DNA from: Geosiphon pyriformis uo1
Lineage: Eukaryota > Fungi > Glomeromycota
Direction: 5' to 3'
Length of the DNA: 64,000 bases
NCBI GenBank assembly: GCA_016748015.1
Contig: JAAOMT010000426.1
Coordinates: 91,620 to 155,619, forward strand
The notes beneath the pieces were generated by a model. That model saw only the letters and a list, made by a program, of their open reading frames with translations, was not told the origin of the DNA and searched no databases. Below, piece by piece: positions 1 to 12,789 of this stretch (the stretch's first letter is position 1; each line of letters starts with the position of its first letter). Made by a program: the position numbers and the translations under genes.

Positions 1-320
1 AATCGCTAAAATTCTGGAGTTTTCTTGCATGAGAAAGGTATTGTTGCCTGTCAAATTAGCATGCAGCCAAGGTAACGAATATTCCATGAAAGCATGTTTT
101 TCATTTCTTTTTATCATGCAATGTGTTCCACACAGGACTTGAAGATCAGTCACATTTAAGAATTTCAATGAACCCAGATATTCGCTTCTTCAGAACTTAC
201 GTATCCTTGTTCACTTGAAATAAACCTTTTCCCATAAAAATTATTTGAGAATTGGAAATAATTTTGGTTTGCAAAGCTTTGATTTTTTGTGGATGCTCAA
301 TAGGATAATAATTCTCATGC
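1..320 (-). pseudogene. Possible spliced gene fragment or pseudogene of unknown function, running off the window edge
   Basis: The minus-strand frame HENYYPIEHPQKIKALQTKIISNSQIIFMGKGLFQVNKD ends at a GTAAGT donor (~200), followed by a ~60 nt intron-like stretch. The reading continues PVWNTLHDK and, after a 1-nt shift in an A run, EKHAFMEYSLPWLHANLTGNNTFLMQENSRILAI. No family recognised. Confidence 0.3.
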
Positions 321-1373
321 ATAAACTTAATTTATGTTGTTCAAAGTTCTGTTAACCAAATATTCCAGGGTAATAATTTTTTGAATTTAAGTTAAGTGAG
401 AAATTAGAATGCCAGCTTCAAGTCGAAGTAGAATATAGCCTCCAAGATGATTGGGCACAACTTAGTTTAAAAAAAGAATAAGCTGAAAGAAGTCCCTGTG
501 ATAGATTTTTTCAAAGAAAAATTATTGTATTTTGATGTTAATTAATAAGTATTAAATAAGTATTTTATGTGTTTTTGACATATTAATAAACTTTAAACAA
601 TATACTATATAAATCTATTCCGTTTTCACTGTCAATTAAATTATTCTATAAATTATTAACTATTGAGAGAAGCAGTATATATCATAAATAGGTAATATTA
701 ATTTGTTGGGAAAATTTAAAACTTAAATTTGTTATAATATTGATTTATGAATTTATTCATGCCTGTATTCGTTACATATATTAAAGCATATTTTATTAAA
801 ATAAATTTTACAATATTTCTTGCAAAAAGTATAAAGCATTGTGAAAAAAAAACTATTAATATGTTTGAAATATTAATAAATTTAATATATATTGGTTAGT
901 CTTAATTGATATTAATGACACAAATAACAGTTAATTGTTTTGTTTTGAGCAAAACATTTTATTATAAAAAGATTTTGTATTATGTAGTCAAGTATTAATA
1001 TAAAGAAAAAATGATTAATAAATAAACTAATTGGCTTACCCCAAGACTCCAAATAATAATATTCAGCAATTTATTTAAGAAAATTTTTCTTTTTCACAAT
1101 TGAATTTGGTATTTATCTGTTATAACTTAGTGCAAAAAAATAAGCCAATTTTTTATTGAGATAATAATCTTGTATTTAATTATTTAAATATTTAAATGTA
1201 ATATATAAAAACTCTTTTTTACTTCTAATTTTTATGACTACAATTAGAGCAAAAAATAAAAATAAATAAAACTACATCTTCATATTGTTATAAATGTAGT
1301 TAGCTTGTAACTTGTTAATTTGCAGTTTTTACATAATCTTTATTAATACTTATGTTATTTTTGTAAGATCAAA

Positions 1374-1840
1374 TTTATAAAACATGAAAATATAAAAATT
1401 AACAATTTATTTTTATCTTGTAGTAAAGTATATATTGATTGTATTAATAATTATGTTTTAACAAAATACGAATAAGTTTATAAAACTCATAAAAAACTAA
1501 TCATAAACAAGAAAAAAAATTATAAATTATATATATATATTAATTTGTCATATTTAATAGCTATCTACTTTGTATTTTATTTATAATATTAAAAAAAAAT
1601 TGAATACATTTTATAAATTATATTTAATAGCCACTTACTTTATTAATTTGCTATTTTTGTAAAACTAAATCTAAAAAAAAATAGAACTGATTAACAATTT
1701 TTGGTTGAAATATAACAATTTTATAAAACATAGAGTTATAAAATTGATCAATGTATTTTTAGCTTGTAATAAAATACATATTGATAATATTAATAATTAT
1801 ATTTTAATAAAATAAAACTAAATTAATAAAACTTATAAAC
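1374..1840. repeat. Degenerate direct repeat of ~120 bp (about 1374-1490 vs 1721-1840)
   Basis: TTATAAAACAT...TTTTTA(T/G)CTTGTA(G/A)TAAA(G/A)TA(T/C)ATATTGAT..TATTAATAATTAT(G/A)TTTTAA(C/T)AAAATA occurs twice. Confidence 0.55.
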
Positions 1841-1939
1841 AACAAAGCATTAAAAAAATATTAACAATACCAATAAAAAAATAAAAACTTAAAATAATAA
1901 TATTTAATAAAAAAAAAACTCTTTCTCTTTTTTTATTTT

Positions 1940-4900
1940 ATGACCACGACCAGAGCAAAGAGTAAAAAAGTTTTAAATGTTACTTTCCCTATAGTAACTA
2001 ATAAAGTTTCAATAAAAAAGGGTTTTTTTATTGTCGAAGCAGTTAAACAAAATATTCTGGCAATGTTTTTCTTAAATATTACTAGTAAAAAGCTGCTTTT
2101 GGCGATTTTTAAACCATTTTTCTCACCTTTGGCTGGTGGTTTTTCTTCAATCAAAGTTTCTTTTAAGAGACACATTCAGATCAGTTCCAGTATTGTTTTT
2201 ATCTCTTTCAAGAGCCCAAAAATATTTAACAACAGACCAGTTAACAAGTTGATCTTCCTTGTTATTACCACTAACATCATTACTACTACTTCACAAATGG
2301 CCAAAAAGGCCAAAAAATCAAAAAAACAATAGCATTTGCTTGCATCTGCTATTGTTACACCGAACTCTTTTGTGGTTTCAGATGAAATTTTAGATAAGAT
2401 TTCCCTAACAACAACTAGTTCTCTTCTTAATGTGGATAACAATAACAATAGCATATTTTTCAAGATAAGCCAAAATTAATCATTGGTTGTATTGCTAAAT
2501 ATGGTGTTTTTTAACAAATTATTACCAGTTTTAAAAACAAAACAGTATATTAAATCACTTAATTTTAAGAATTGGACTGATTAAATAGAAACTAAATCAA
2601 CTTTTGCTCTTCTGTTTTTTGGTACCGTTTTTAATGATGTTTAAAAAACAATTTCCAGTCATTAAAAATTTTCTGAATGAGTAGTTTTTACTTTAGTGTT
2701 TAGTATTACTTTTAAGATCAAATTAGCCTTAATTAATTTTTTGTTTTATCTATTGTCTTGCTTTGTTGGGCTTAAATCAGTTTTCAAAGACAATATTAAA
2801 TTGTTCTGTATGAATTTTGTTTCTAAAACTTTTTTAGTTACTACTGTTAAAATTTTTATTGATGATTTTTCTTTTTTAACTATATTTAAGATTGCAAAAT
2901 CTTCTGTAATAATTTTTAGTTCTTTTTTTCTATCTCTGTTATACTTTATAATATTTTGGCACATTTTTTGATAACATTAAAATGCTCTTGGTATTTTTGA
3001 TATTATTACTTCTGTTAAATTAAATCTACTGATTTTTAGCAATATGCTATTATTAATTTTAAAGACTTTTTTCTGCTGCTGCTGCTCTTAATAACTGATC
3101 TGTACTGAAAAAAAAAACTGTATTTAGAAAATTTTTTTTAACTAAAGAGAAATTATTACTTAACAAAATTTTTTTAAGGCTAAATTGGTCAATTTTTTTT
3201 TGGTTGTACTGTTTTTTAAATTAGTAACATGATTTTTTAGATTGGTAATCATATCTGTTTTATTTTTTATTTTTTTAATTTATATTATTGTTAATGCTTT
3301 ATTGTTATTACTTTTAAATTTCAAGAAATGCTAAAACTTACTATAATAAAAACTAATATTTTGTACAAGTGTTATATTTGATAAAAAACTTTTAAGTACT
3401 GTTACTATTATAGATATTAGAATTTAAACCACTTTTTTATTGATTATAAGATGTTTTTTTTCTTTTTTTAAGTTGTTTTCTAAGTTTGTTGTTGGTTTTC
3501 AGTTTTTTGTATTATCTGTTGTTAATAGTAAATTTTATGTTATGGTTTTTTATTTTGTTGTTTTTTGACTGTTTTTATTGCTAATTTTGTTATTAAGTTT
3601 AGATTAAATTTCTTAAAATTTTAGATATTAAGTTTAATTGTTTTGGTAAAATTTATTGTTAAACTTATTGGTTTTTTAATTGTTTTGATTACTTTTTTAA
3701 TGTCAAAAAATATGTGTAAAAGTCACAAAGTTAAAAAACATTTGCTTATTATGTTTAATATTTTTTAAAATTTTGTCAGCTTTAAAGCTAAAATTGAATT
3801 TAGTAATATAAATAATAATAATTTAAATATTGTTAAAGTATATTTCTTAAGCAAAAAACATATAACTATATAGTTGTTTTATGACAAATGTGTAATCTTA
3901 AAGTTAAAGATAGTATTAAAAAAATTAGATTGTTTTTAAATAAATTTATTTTTGATTTTAGAAATTTAAATAGTATTATTAAAAGACTTAGCAAGCAGAA
4001 TTTATTTTCAGCTTTTTTTAATTTAGCTTAGTTAATGTTTTAATTGATTTAAATAATTGGTTATATATAAAAAATGCATAATTAATATTTAATTTAAGTC
4101 ATTTAGTTTAATATATTATATTAAATAATTTTTGGACACACTTTATTAAAAAAATATTTAATAAAATTAAAACATAAATTACACAATTAAAATATTGTTA
4201 TAATTAGATTAACAAGCTAATAGATAATAAGAAAGAACAGTATTATATAGTAATAAGATAATAATAAAAATAATTTAACTTTAATAAATAAATTAGATTA
4301 GTAAAAATTTAATATATGAAATTATTTTATAAATATTTTAGTTATTATTTTTTTCAAAAAATAATAAAAAAATTTGAAAATAGAAAAATAATTTATACTT
4401 TTAACAAAAAATAATACACTTATATAATTCTATATTTTATATTAATATTCTTAAAATTTAATATCAGATATCAATTGTATTTTAGAGTAAACATTTATTC
4501 AATATATTTTACAAATAATTATACAAATTAAGAAAAAAAAATAGTAAAAAAAAAATAAAAAAGTTTATATTATTATATTGATTTAAGTATAATTTAAATA
4601 TAAATACTCTTTTAAAACTCTTAAAATGTTTTGATTATATACAACCAAAAGAGATTAATGTTTTTATTAGTAATTTAATCAATAATCAGATCAATAATCA
4701 AGTCAATAATCAAGTCAATAATTAAATTAATAACTTAAAATTGATTAGTTACCAATTTTAGTAATTTGTTAGTAATTTTAAGCCTAAACAAAAAACAATT
4801 TTCTTAATAAAATTCTTGTTCTTTTATATTTTTATATTTTATTTTTTTCTTATTATAATTATTAAAGTAGTTTACAAATGAAATTTTTGTAAAAAAGTTG

Positions 4901-7900
4901 ATTTTTACAGCAAAATAATTACACAATTTTAATAAGCTTTTAAACAAGCATTATCTGAAAAGAAGTTAACTTTCACTGCAAAGTAACTATATAAGTAACT
5001 AGTATAAAATTGGCCATTTTATTTAAAAGTCTAACTGTTTAAATTATAGAAGATAATTTGAAAATAAATTCAATTATTAGAGATTCAACTGTTTCTAATA
5101 ATCAAAAATTAATAATAAAACAAAGTTAACAATATTTAAAATAAGAGACCAAAAATTTTTAATAATATTAAATAGATTTTAGCTAAATGTTTAATTAAAA
5201 ACCAATTTCAGAAATCTTGAAATTTTTGATTAAATTGTTTTTTAACGAGAAAACAAATAAGACAAAAAAAAAAAGTTAAATTTAATATAGGCTAAATCAT
5301 TTTAATTGTATATTATAAAATAATTTTGTGTTTTTATTGTTAAAAAAAAGTAAGTATTTATATAATAATAGATAATTTAAGAATTTAATATCTTATAAAA
5401 AGCAATATTTTTATGTTATATTAGATTAATAAGCTAATAAATAGTAAGAAAAAACAGTATTATATGATAATAAAATAATAAAAAAAGTAATTTAACTTTA
5501 ATAAGTGAATTGAATTAGTAAGAATTTAATGTATAAAATCAATCTTATAAATATCTTAGTTACTATTCTTTTCAAAAGATAACAAAAAAATCTAAAGATA
5601 GAAAAATAGTTTATATAATTAATAAAAGATAACATACTAATATAATTTTATGCTTTATATTAGTGTTTTTAAAATTTAATATTAGATATCTATTATATTT
5701 TTCAGTAAATATTTATTTAATATACTTTACAAAAACTAACAATTATACAAATCAAGAAAAAAAATAATAATAAAAATAATAAAAAAGAAATAAAAAAGTT
5801 AATATTATTATATTAATCTAAATATGATTTAAATATGAATGCTTTTCTACAATTCTTAAAATGTTTTAATTATATATAATTAAAAAAATTAATGATTACA
5901 TTAATAATTTGATTAATAATCAGATTAATAATTAATTTAATAATCAAATTAATGACTTATTCTAAAAATAAGCTGGCTAATTATATAATATCTATAATCA
6001 ATACATATAATTAATTATGACTAAATAAATAGATAAGATTTAAAATATAAAAGTTTTATCTGTAATAATATATTGAATATTAAATATTGAATATTAATTT
6101 CTTTATTTTGTATATTTATAATTTACTTTTTTTATAATAGAAGTTAATTATATTAATATAATTAATAATTTTTGGCAATATAAAAAATAAATAAAAAAAC
6201 AAAAAAAATTAATATTATAAAATAATACAAAAATATAAATAATTTGGTATTAATTATTATTAAAATAAAACTAAAAAATTAAATTAGATCTTAAATTATA
6301 AACAGATTTAAAAAAATCAAAATCTTTATTTTAAGTTTAAATTTTGGTTATTTAAATTCAAAAATAGTGATTATTTTAGACAATAATAAAGTTAAAAATA
6401 TGTGTAAAATATTCAAAATTCTGAATTAATTTTTGTTAATTTATTTACTATTTAAGAACAAGTTTTTAATTATAATTCTGGATTTTTATGCAAATAATAT
6501 TTATATTATAATTGTTTAGACAATAAATATTAGTTTATTTATAGTTTTAAATAATAATTTTAATAAAAATAATAATAAATAAAATATTAATTTTATTTAA
6601 TATTTGAATTTAATTTTTGGTAAATTGTTTTACAGTTAAAATTCTAACTTAAAATAATTAATTATATTTTTATTAATAAGATTTTAAATTATTATTATTA
6701 TTAAACAAAATACATATATATAAATAAGTTTTTTAATATTAATTACAAAGTTGTTTTTATATTAATTGGATTAAATAATTTTTTAAATATATAGTTTAAT
6801 ATATTATATAAGCAAACCAATAAAAATTATTAAAAATACAAAACAAAAACTATAAACAACTTTAAATAAAATTAATTAAAAAAACTTTTATTGTTTAATA
6901 TAATTAATATAACAAATAAGTTTAGTAAACTAAAAAAATATAAAATTATAAATACAATATAAATTTTTTAATTCATACAATTTTTTAAAAACTTAGTTTT
7001 ATAAGTATAAAATTATTAAAAACAAATAGTTTTCTAAGTTTTTAAATTAAAGTAGCTAATATATTTAAGATTTTTAAAAAGTTAAAATTAAAATTTAATA
7101 ATAGATTAAGAAAGTTTTTGTTTATATAAATAATATGTTTTGTTTAAACATATTAAAAATAATATTTTTTTTAATATAATAAACAAAATAAAATATAATA
7201 AATAATTAAGTATAACTAAAAATTTGTTAAATAATAAAATTGCTAATTTGTTTAATATTATAAATAAATTAGTTTTTAAATTATGAAAAAAACTTGAATT
7301 TTAATAATTTCTAAATCTTATAATTAAAAAAATGTCTTAATAAATAGTTAATTTAGTGTTTTAATTAAAACTTTTAGAAAAATACTTTTTAAAACTGTTT
7401 TTAATTGAATTTTTTTATTTGCAGTAAGTTTAATGTTTTTTATAAAGACAATTTTTCAGTTTCTAGTTTTTAAAGCATATTAACTCAGTCTTTAATTTTT
7501 ATGATAAATTTAATAATTGAAAATACTTTGAAAAAATCAAAAATTGTTATTAGTATTATAAAATATGTATAAAACTTTTAATTAATTATTTTTATATAAC
7601 TGTAACCAAAAATTTTGTTTTTAAAAATTGATTTAAGAAGTATTTTTAACAATTAAACTTGTTTTTAAAGCTGTTTAATACATTGTTAATTTTCTTTAAA
7701 ATTTGATAATTAATTATAAGAATTATATTTGGTTATTAAACTCTAAATTTTTAATTTTAATATTATATTATTATTATAAATATTTTATTTAATTAATAAA
7801 ATATTGTAATTATTTTTTTCTTTAATTAAAATTATATTGGTATTATAATTTTAAATAATTTTTATATTTTTTAAGTTAAATATGTATTTTTTACTTATTT

Positions 7901-8450
7901 TAATTATAATAATTATTATTAATTTGCTTTTTTTGAGATTACTTAGTTTTTTCTTGTTTTTTTTTGGTATTAAATAATAATTTATTAAATTTTTATAATA
8001 TTTTATATGATATTAATTTACAATATAATTATTTCTGATAAAATAATAAATAAAGTAAAAAAAATAAAAAAAAAATTAATATAATTTATTTAATTTCTAT
8101 TATATATTATAAAGTAATTTTTTAATTATTGTAATAGATATAAATAATTACTTATACAGTAACAAATAATTAAATTTAATAATTTAACCAAAAAAATTAC
8201 TTTTATGTTATAAATTAAAGTAACAAGCTAATAAAAGCTATTAAATATAATAAAAATAATAAAAAAAAATTTCAATAAAGAAAGCAAATTGAATATATAA
8301 GTATTTAATATATATAATTAATTTTATAAAAATTACAGTTGCTAATTTTTTTTAAAAAAGCTGAAAATAAGAAAATAGGTTATAATTTTTAATAAAATAA
8401 CATTACTGCTATTATTTTATGTTTTATTTGGCAATTCTTTGAATTAATTA
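1940..8450 (+). mobile_element. Degenerate non-LTR retrotransposon (LINE): ORF1/gag relic plus reverse transcriptase relic, interrupted by an LTR element
   Basis: The ORF1 N-terminus survives as ORF 1940-2332. An eroded CX2CX4HX4C zinc knuckle at 3406-3447 reads Y-Y-R-Y-*-N-L-N-H-F-F-I-D-Y, with Cys TGT>TAT. The RT relic at ~7330-7585 reads VLINS*FSVLIKTFRKILFK...CSKFNVFYKDNFSV...ENTLK//NQKLLLVL*NMYKTFN, matching the LINE RT pattern RPIALIETxRKIxSKI...LxLxDxxKAFD. Ends are approximate. Confidence 0.8.
4196..5959. mobile_element. Small non-autonomous or internally deleted LTR element: two ~545 bp direct repeats (4196-4737, 5414-5959) nested in the LINE
   Basis: Both repeats begin TGTTATA(A)TTAGATTAA(C/T)AAGCTAATA and stay colinear to AATT-AAT(A/G)ACTTA. 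The ~675 bp interior has no ORF. The TG start is typical of LTRs. The terminal CA and target-site duplication are not recognisable. Confidence 0.7.
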
Positions 8451-10967
8451 CAAGTATTGTTGTACTTTTTGATCGTTTTTTTATTTAATGGAAATTAGAA
8501 TATGTGAACTTTAATTGCTTAATGTTTTTTTTTCAGATAAGAAAAGCATTGCTCATATAATTACTAAAAGAGATCAATGACCAGGATTAATTCTTTTACA
8601 TTATTTGTAAAGACATGAAATCCGAGGAGCAACTTCAGTTTTACTAAAGACAAAATTTTATAGATGTCCATATTCATTGAGTATTCAATTGCAGCAAGTT
8701 CTTTTAATTCCTTTACAATTATTTTTTGGAAATAATTTTCACAATGGTTATCGACAAAAGGCCTAGAAATTTTTTGTTGATTATAATTCAATGCTTTCCC
8801 ATATGACAACAAACAATAACATTGATTTGAATAGAGACCCGACTCTAAAGGGTAGCTAATTTAAGTTGTACGGTACATCTCAATAAAGCCATATTGAAAT
8901 ACAGTTGCAATAAAAAAACTCATTTGGAAATATGTGGAAAATCGAAAATGCCTGTTCACACGGACAGTTATCCTGAAAGGCATGATATATAATCTCTCTA
9001 ATATTATTAAAAAAGTAAGTAAAATCTAATATATGTTTAAAAAGGTAATAAAAATAAAAAATTCTTGGATAATATGAACACATTATTAAGAATTGACAAA
9101 GATCATCTATACTTGCCTTTTTAGAATTGACGCGTTTTTTATTGTATTCAAATTTTTTTATGCAACTATTCCAAAAATCAATTAATGTACTGTTTAAAAG
9201 CCAAGTTACTGTACCATTAATAAGAAAGTAAACCATTCCCTGGCTAAGAAAGATTTATCTTAGAAATTAATAATTTTTCTAAAAATATCTCTAGCCCCAA
9301 ATAACCATTTCAAATCAACGATAAAGCCAAGGATTTATCTAAGAGAAGATTCTCACAAAAGATGGTAATTTCTTCAATTGTTACTTTATCTGAAGTGAAC
9401 GCCGTATAGACATAATTAGCTCAATGGAAATAGCAAATTGGGCTGCAACTTAAAATCATATGTTCTCAGCAGCCACAGAAAAATGGCACAAAGATATTTT
9501 TTTCTGACTAATGAGGTGATGAAAAAAACTAAAAACTAAAATGAAAAGCTATTGCAGTCCATGAAATCAAAAAGATAATTTAGATAATTTGGCCAAGATT
9601 TGCAATATCTTTAGATAAGCTCTTTAATATTTTTGATTTGCTTCCTGTTTAAGATAATTCTGGTACCAAAAAATTGCAATCAATTTTTTCTAATTATAAT
9701 TAAGCTTGAAGAAAAATGCTGTATTAAAAATATATATATATATATTTAATTGGATAAATTTAAAAATAAAATGGCATTTTAAATATTCATGATATGAAAA
9801 TTTAACATGAAAATCTAGAATTATAGAATTTGAAAAAAATTATGATTTCACGATATGAAAACATCCAAATTACTTACCCATACTTTGATGATTTAAACTT
9901 AAACGATTCCCGAACAAACAAGACTTGAAACATTATTATTATTGTCACAAGCTCACAAATCTGTAAAATCTTGATTTTCCATTTTGCCTTAATCTTGCCT
10001 AAAAAAAGTTCAACAATGTGAGATAAAAAAATTTACTTTTTCAGATGACTTTTTGTTCAAAAAAAAAAAATAAACTAGGCTGAAAATAAAAATCTCTTAA
10101 AAATTCACAAGTTTTCACGTTTGGATTTTGGAAACCAACATTGTTATCTTGGCAGAAAATTTTTCATGCACCGAAATTACTATACACAACTTTGGGATCA
10201 GGATGGCCCTCTATACATGTACAAAAATTCCTGACAATGCAATGATTTTGTACAAATCTGCCGTGAAATATTTTGTGTGAATTTATACTAGAAGCTAAAA
10301 TTAAGAATTAATATTTGATAATGATAGTGTAGCATATTAATCATCAGAAGGAGAATTAAAAACGATGTGAGAAAAAGTTTAATAAGTGATTCTTTCAATA
10401 AAACACTCAAGAGGGATTTACATTCATATGAAAAATCATCTAATTCATTAAAAAGTTTTTAAAAAAAGATAATGAACTTCCCAACGTTCGTCATTCGGCA
10501 TATCATTAAATAATTCAATTAATTATATATGGCAACGCCCAGCTTTTGAGGCTTTCAATGATATTCACAGAAATATGGGCTTTAGATATGGGGTTAAAGG
10601 GAATAAATATATGTCTAGTTTATCAGCCCTACTGAAAAATTGAGCACAGCATCGAATTCTTCAAAAATGATAATAGTGTGACGTACAAACAAAAATGCGA
10701 CGTACGACCAAAACTGTTGGTTGCATTTTTAGCCCCTAAAAAGCTAATACAAGTATGGTCAAATATGGGATGAATATCCTCTTCGTTAGGATTTCTTTCT
10801 CGTTTTCTGTTCCCACCTCTTTTATAATTTCCTTTTATTTCCTTTTACATAATTGTCTCATTGTTTTTAACATTTAAATACCTCTTATCTTTTTACTTAT
10901 CTTTTTTATCAAAAAAAAAAAAAGTATTATCACAGTTTTTCTTGGTTTCTGCTTTTCTCCAACAAAA

Positions 10968-11174
10968 ATGATATTTAATTCTAATCATCAAACGACCAGC
11001 GAAACGTCTTCGACAAAAGCTGATACGACGAAACCAGAAGAATCTCTAGAGACTTCCAAACCACTCCTATCCTCAATACAATCCCTCGATACGTTTTTAA
11101 AAATACAACCTCTTCCTCCACTTCAACCCACAATAGTATCACGAAGTAACTCGTTCACCTCATCCTCTTCATCG

Positions 11175-11213
<39 letters not shown>

Positions 11214-11862
11214 CCTACTTCTTCAAGAAGCCTGATAGAAGCACCAAAACGAGGTCTCTTTCATCTAATAAAAATTTTCACCTCTGAGCTTCAGAATAAA
11301 CCAAAATCAATATTTGAAGATTTCAGTGAATTTTCGGATTTTGAGACTTCAACAAATGACATAGAATATTGGCCCGATGTCTCTTTTCCTGAAATTGATA
11401 TCGGTAATGAGTACATAAATAAAAATATTGGAAAATCAAGAAAATTATTTCAACTGCATAAAGACGAATCAAAGTTCCACCATAAGTATACACCATACTT
11501 TGAAGATTGGAGTGGTGTATTTTTTGATGATCATGATGACACATGTGATGAAAACGCAAAATACGTAAGCACCTCAACCAAATTTTGATACAAATATTTA
11601 CCTCTTTTATGAATTCTAACGTATTTGGATCATGACATAGTTCAATTACTCGTTTTCCGAACACGATTTTGAAAAATCATCTAGCTCTAGCTCAAATGTC
11701 TCTAGGCCCTCCTCTCCGGACACCATCGTGACTCATTTGGATAAACAAAATGTAGATTATGATTGTACAGACGAAAACGAAGAATGCTCATTTTTTGGCT
11801 ATGTATTTGGTGGTTTCTTTTCTTTAACAGAAGAATTTCCAAGAGGTCGTTTTATGGATTAA
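10968..11862 (+). CDS. Two-exon gene (10968-11564, 11641-11862), 272 aa Ser-rich/acidic protein; possible distant member of the cluster family
   Basis: CAACAAAA-ATG start context. Phase-0 intron 11565-11640 (76 nt) with GTAAGC donor, CTAAC branch site at 11616-11620 and TAG acceptor. Exon 2 is open for 73 codons (FNYSFSEHDFEKSSSS...FGGFFSLTEEFPRGRFMD*). The ORF track stop at 11588 lies inside the intron. Confidence 0.85.
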
Positions 11863-12789
11863 ACCTGCCAAATCCGTAGGTCGCTGTCCGAATTTCATCT
11901 CTAAGGGCCTATTTTAAAAAAAATTCCGTATGATTAGACAATATCATTTATAGCCGATTTTATACATTCTTGTCTATTAGACAATGAAAATTTTTATTGG
12001 GGAGCAGCATATAGTTTCTATGCGAAATCTAGAGAACCCAAGCTTGTGAATATATCCTAAATTTGAAGATTAATATAAAGTCGGTTTGCTCTCGAATGAT
12101 CTTTTTATGAAAATTCCCATTTAGGATACAACCTCTTTGATATTGAAAATTCTATTCGTAAATATCGCTTTCCCTTGATTCATTAAATGCATAATTGAAC
12201 TAAGACTAAATTTAAAAATTTTCAATCAGGAAATGGTTGAAACCGAGTGTAACAAAATTTATTCCAATCATTTTTGTAAATAGTGTTTTTCCTTGTATTT
12301 TTTTAAAAGATATATATATCATTAAAAAATATAGCAGAATATTAAACGTTTCGCTCCAATTTTACTATGATGAAATGAATTTACCATTTTCCCCGTATAA
12401 TCATAGCCTTTGTGCCTATGATATTATCTTTAAATGCAGATACATTGATCATCTTAAAAACATTTACGTAAAATATCTTGAGGGGTTAGAAGATCGCTAT
12501 AAGGTGACTATGGCAAGCAGTTTGATAAATGTAAAAAGAACAAGGTACAGAAGATGAAGATCAACGCAAAGTCTATGTACTCAAATTATATAACTGGAGA
12601 TTAGCTTGTCACATTCAGTAGCCCCCCACTTTGTGTCCATTATTCGTATCCAATACTACAGCTACCCATGGAACTGCGTCTTCGCATGGTTATGGACTGC
12701 GTCTCCGCCATAGCCAGCTTGTGACCAACTTGCAACTTGCAAATTTGCAGTTTTTATTAATAAAAAATTAATTTTTTTAAGACTTCAAT

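Noticed and set aside
1933-2971. Short ORFs at 1933-2971 as host genes
   Set aside because: They are pieces or antisense shadows of the decayed LINE ORF1.
8564-9600. ORFs 8564-8812 and 8880-9236
   Set aside because: No recognisable motif or consistent splice structure. Possibly decayed gene or TE debris, but not supportable.
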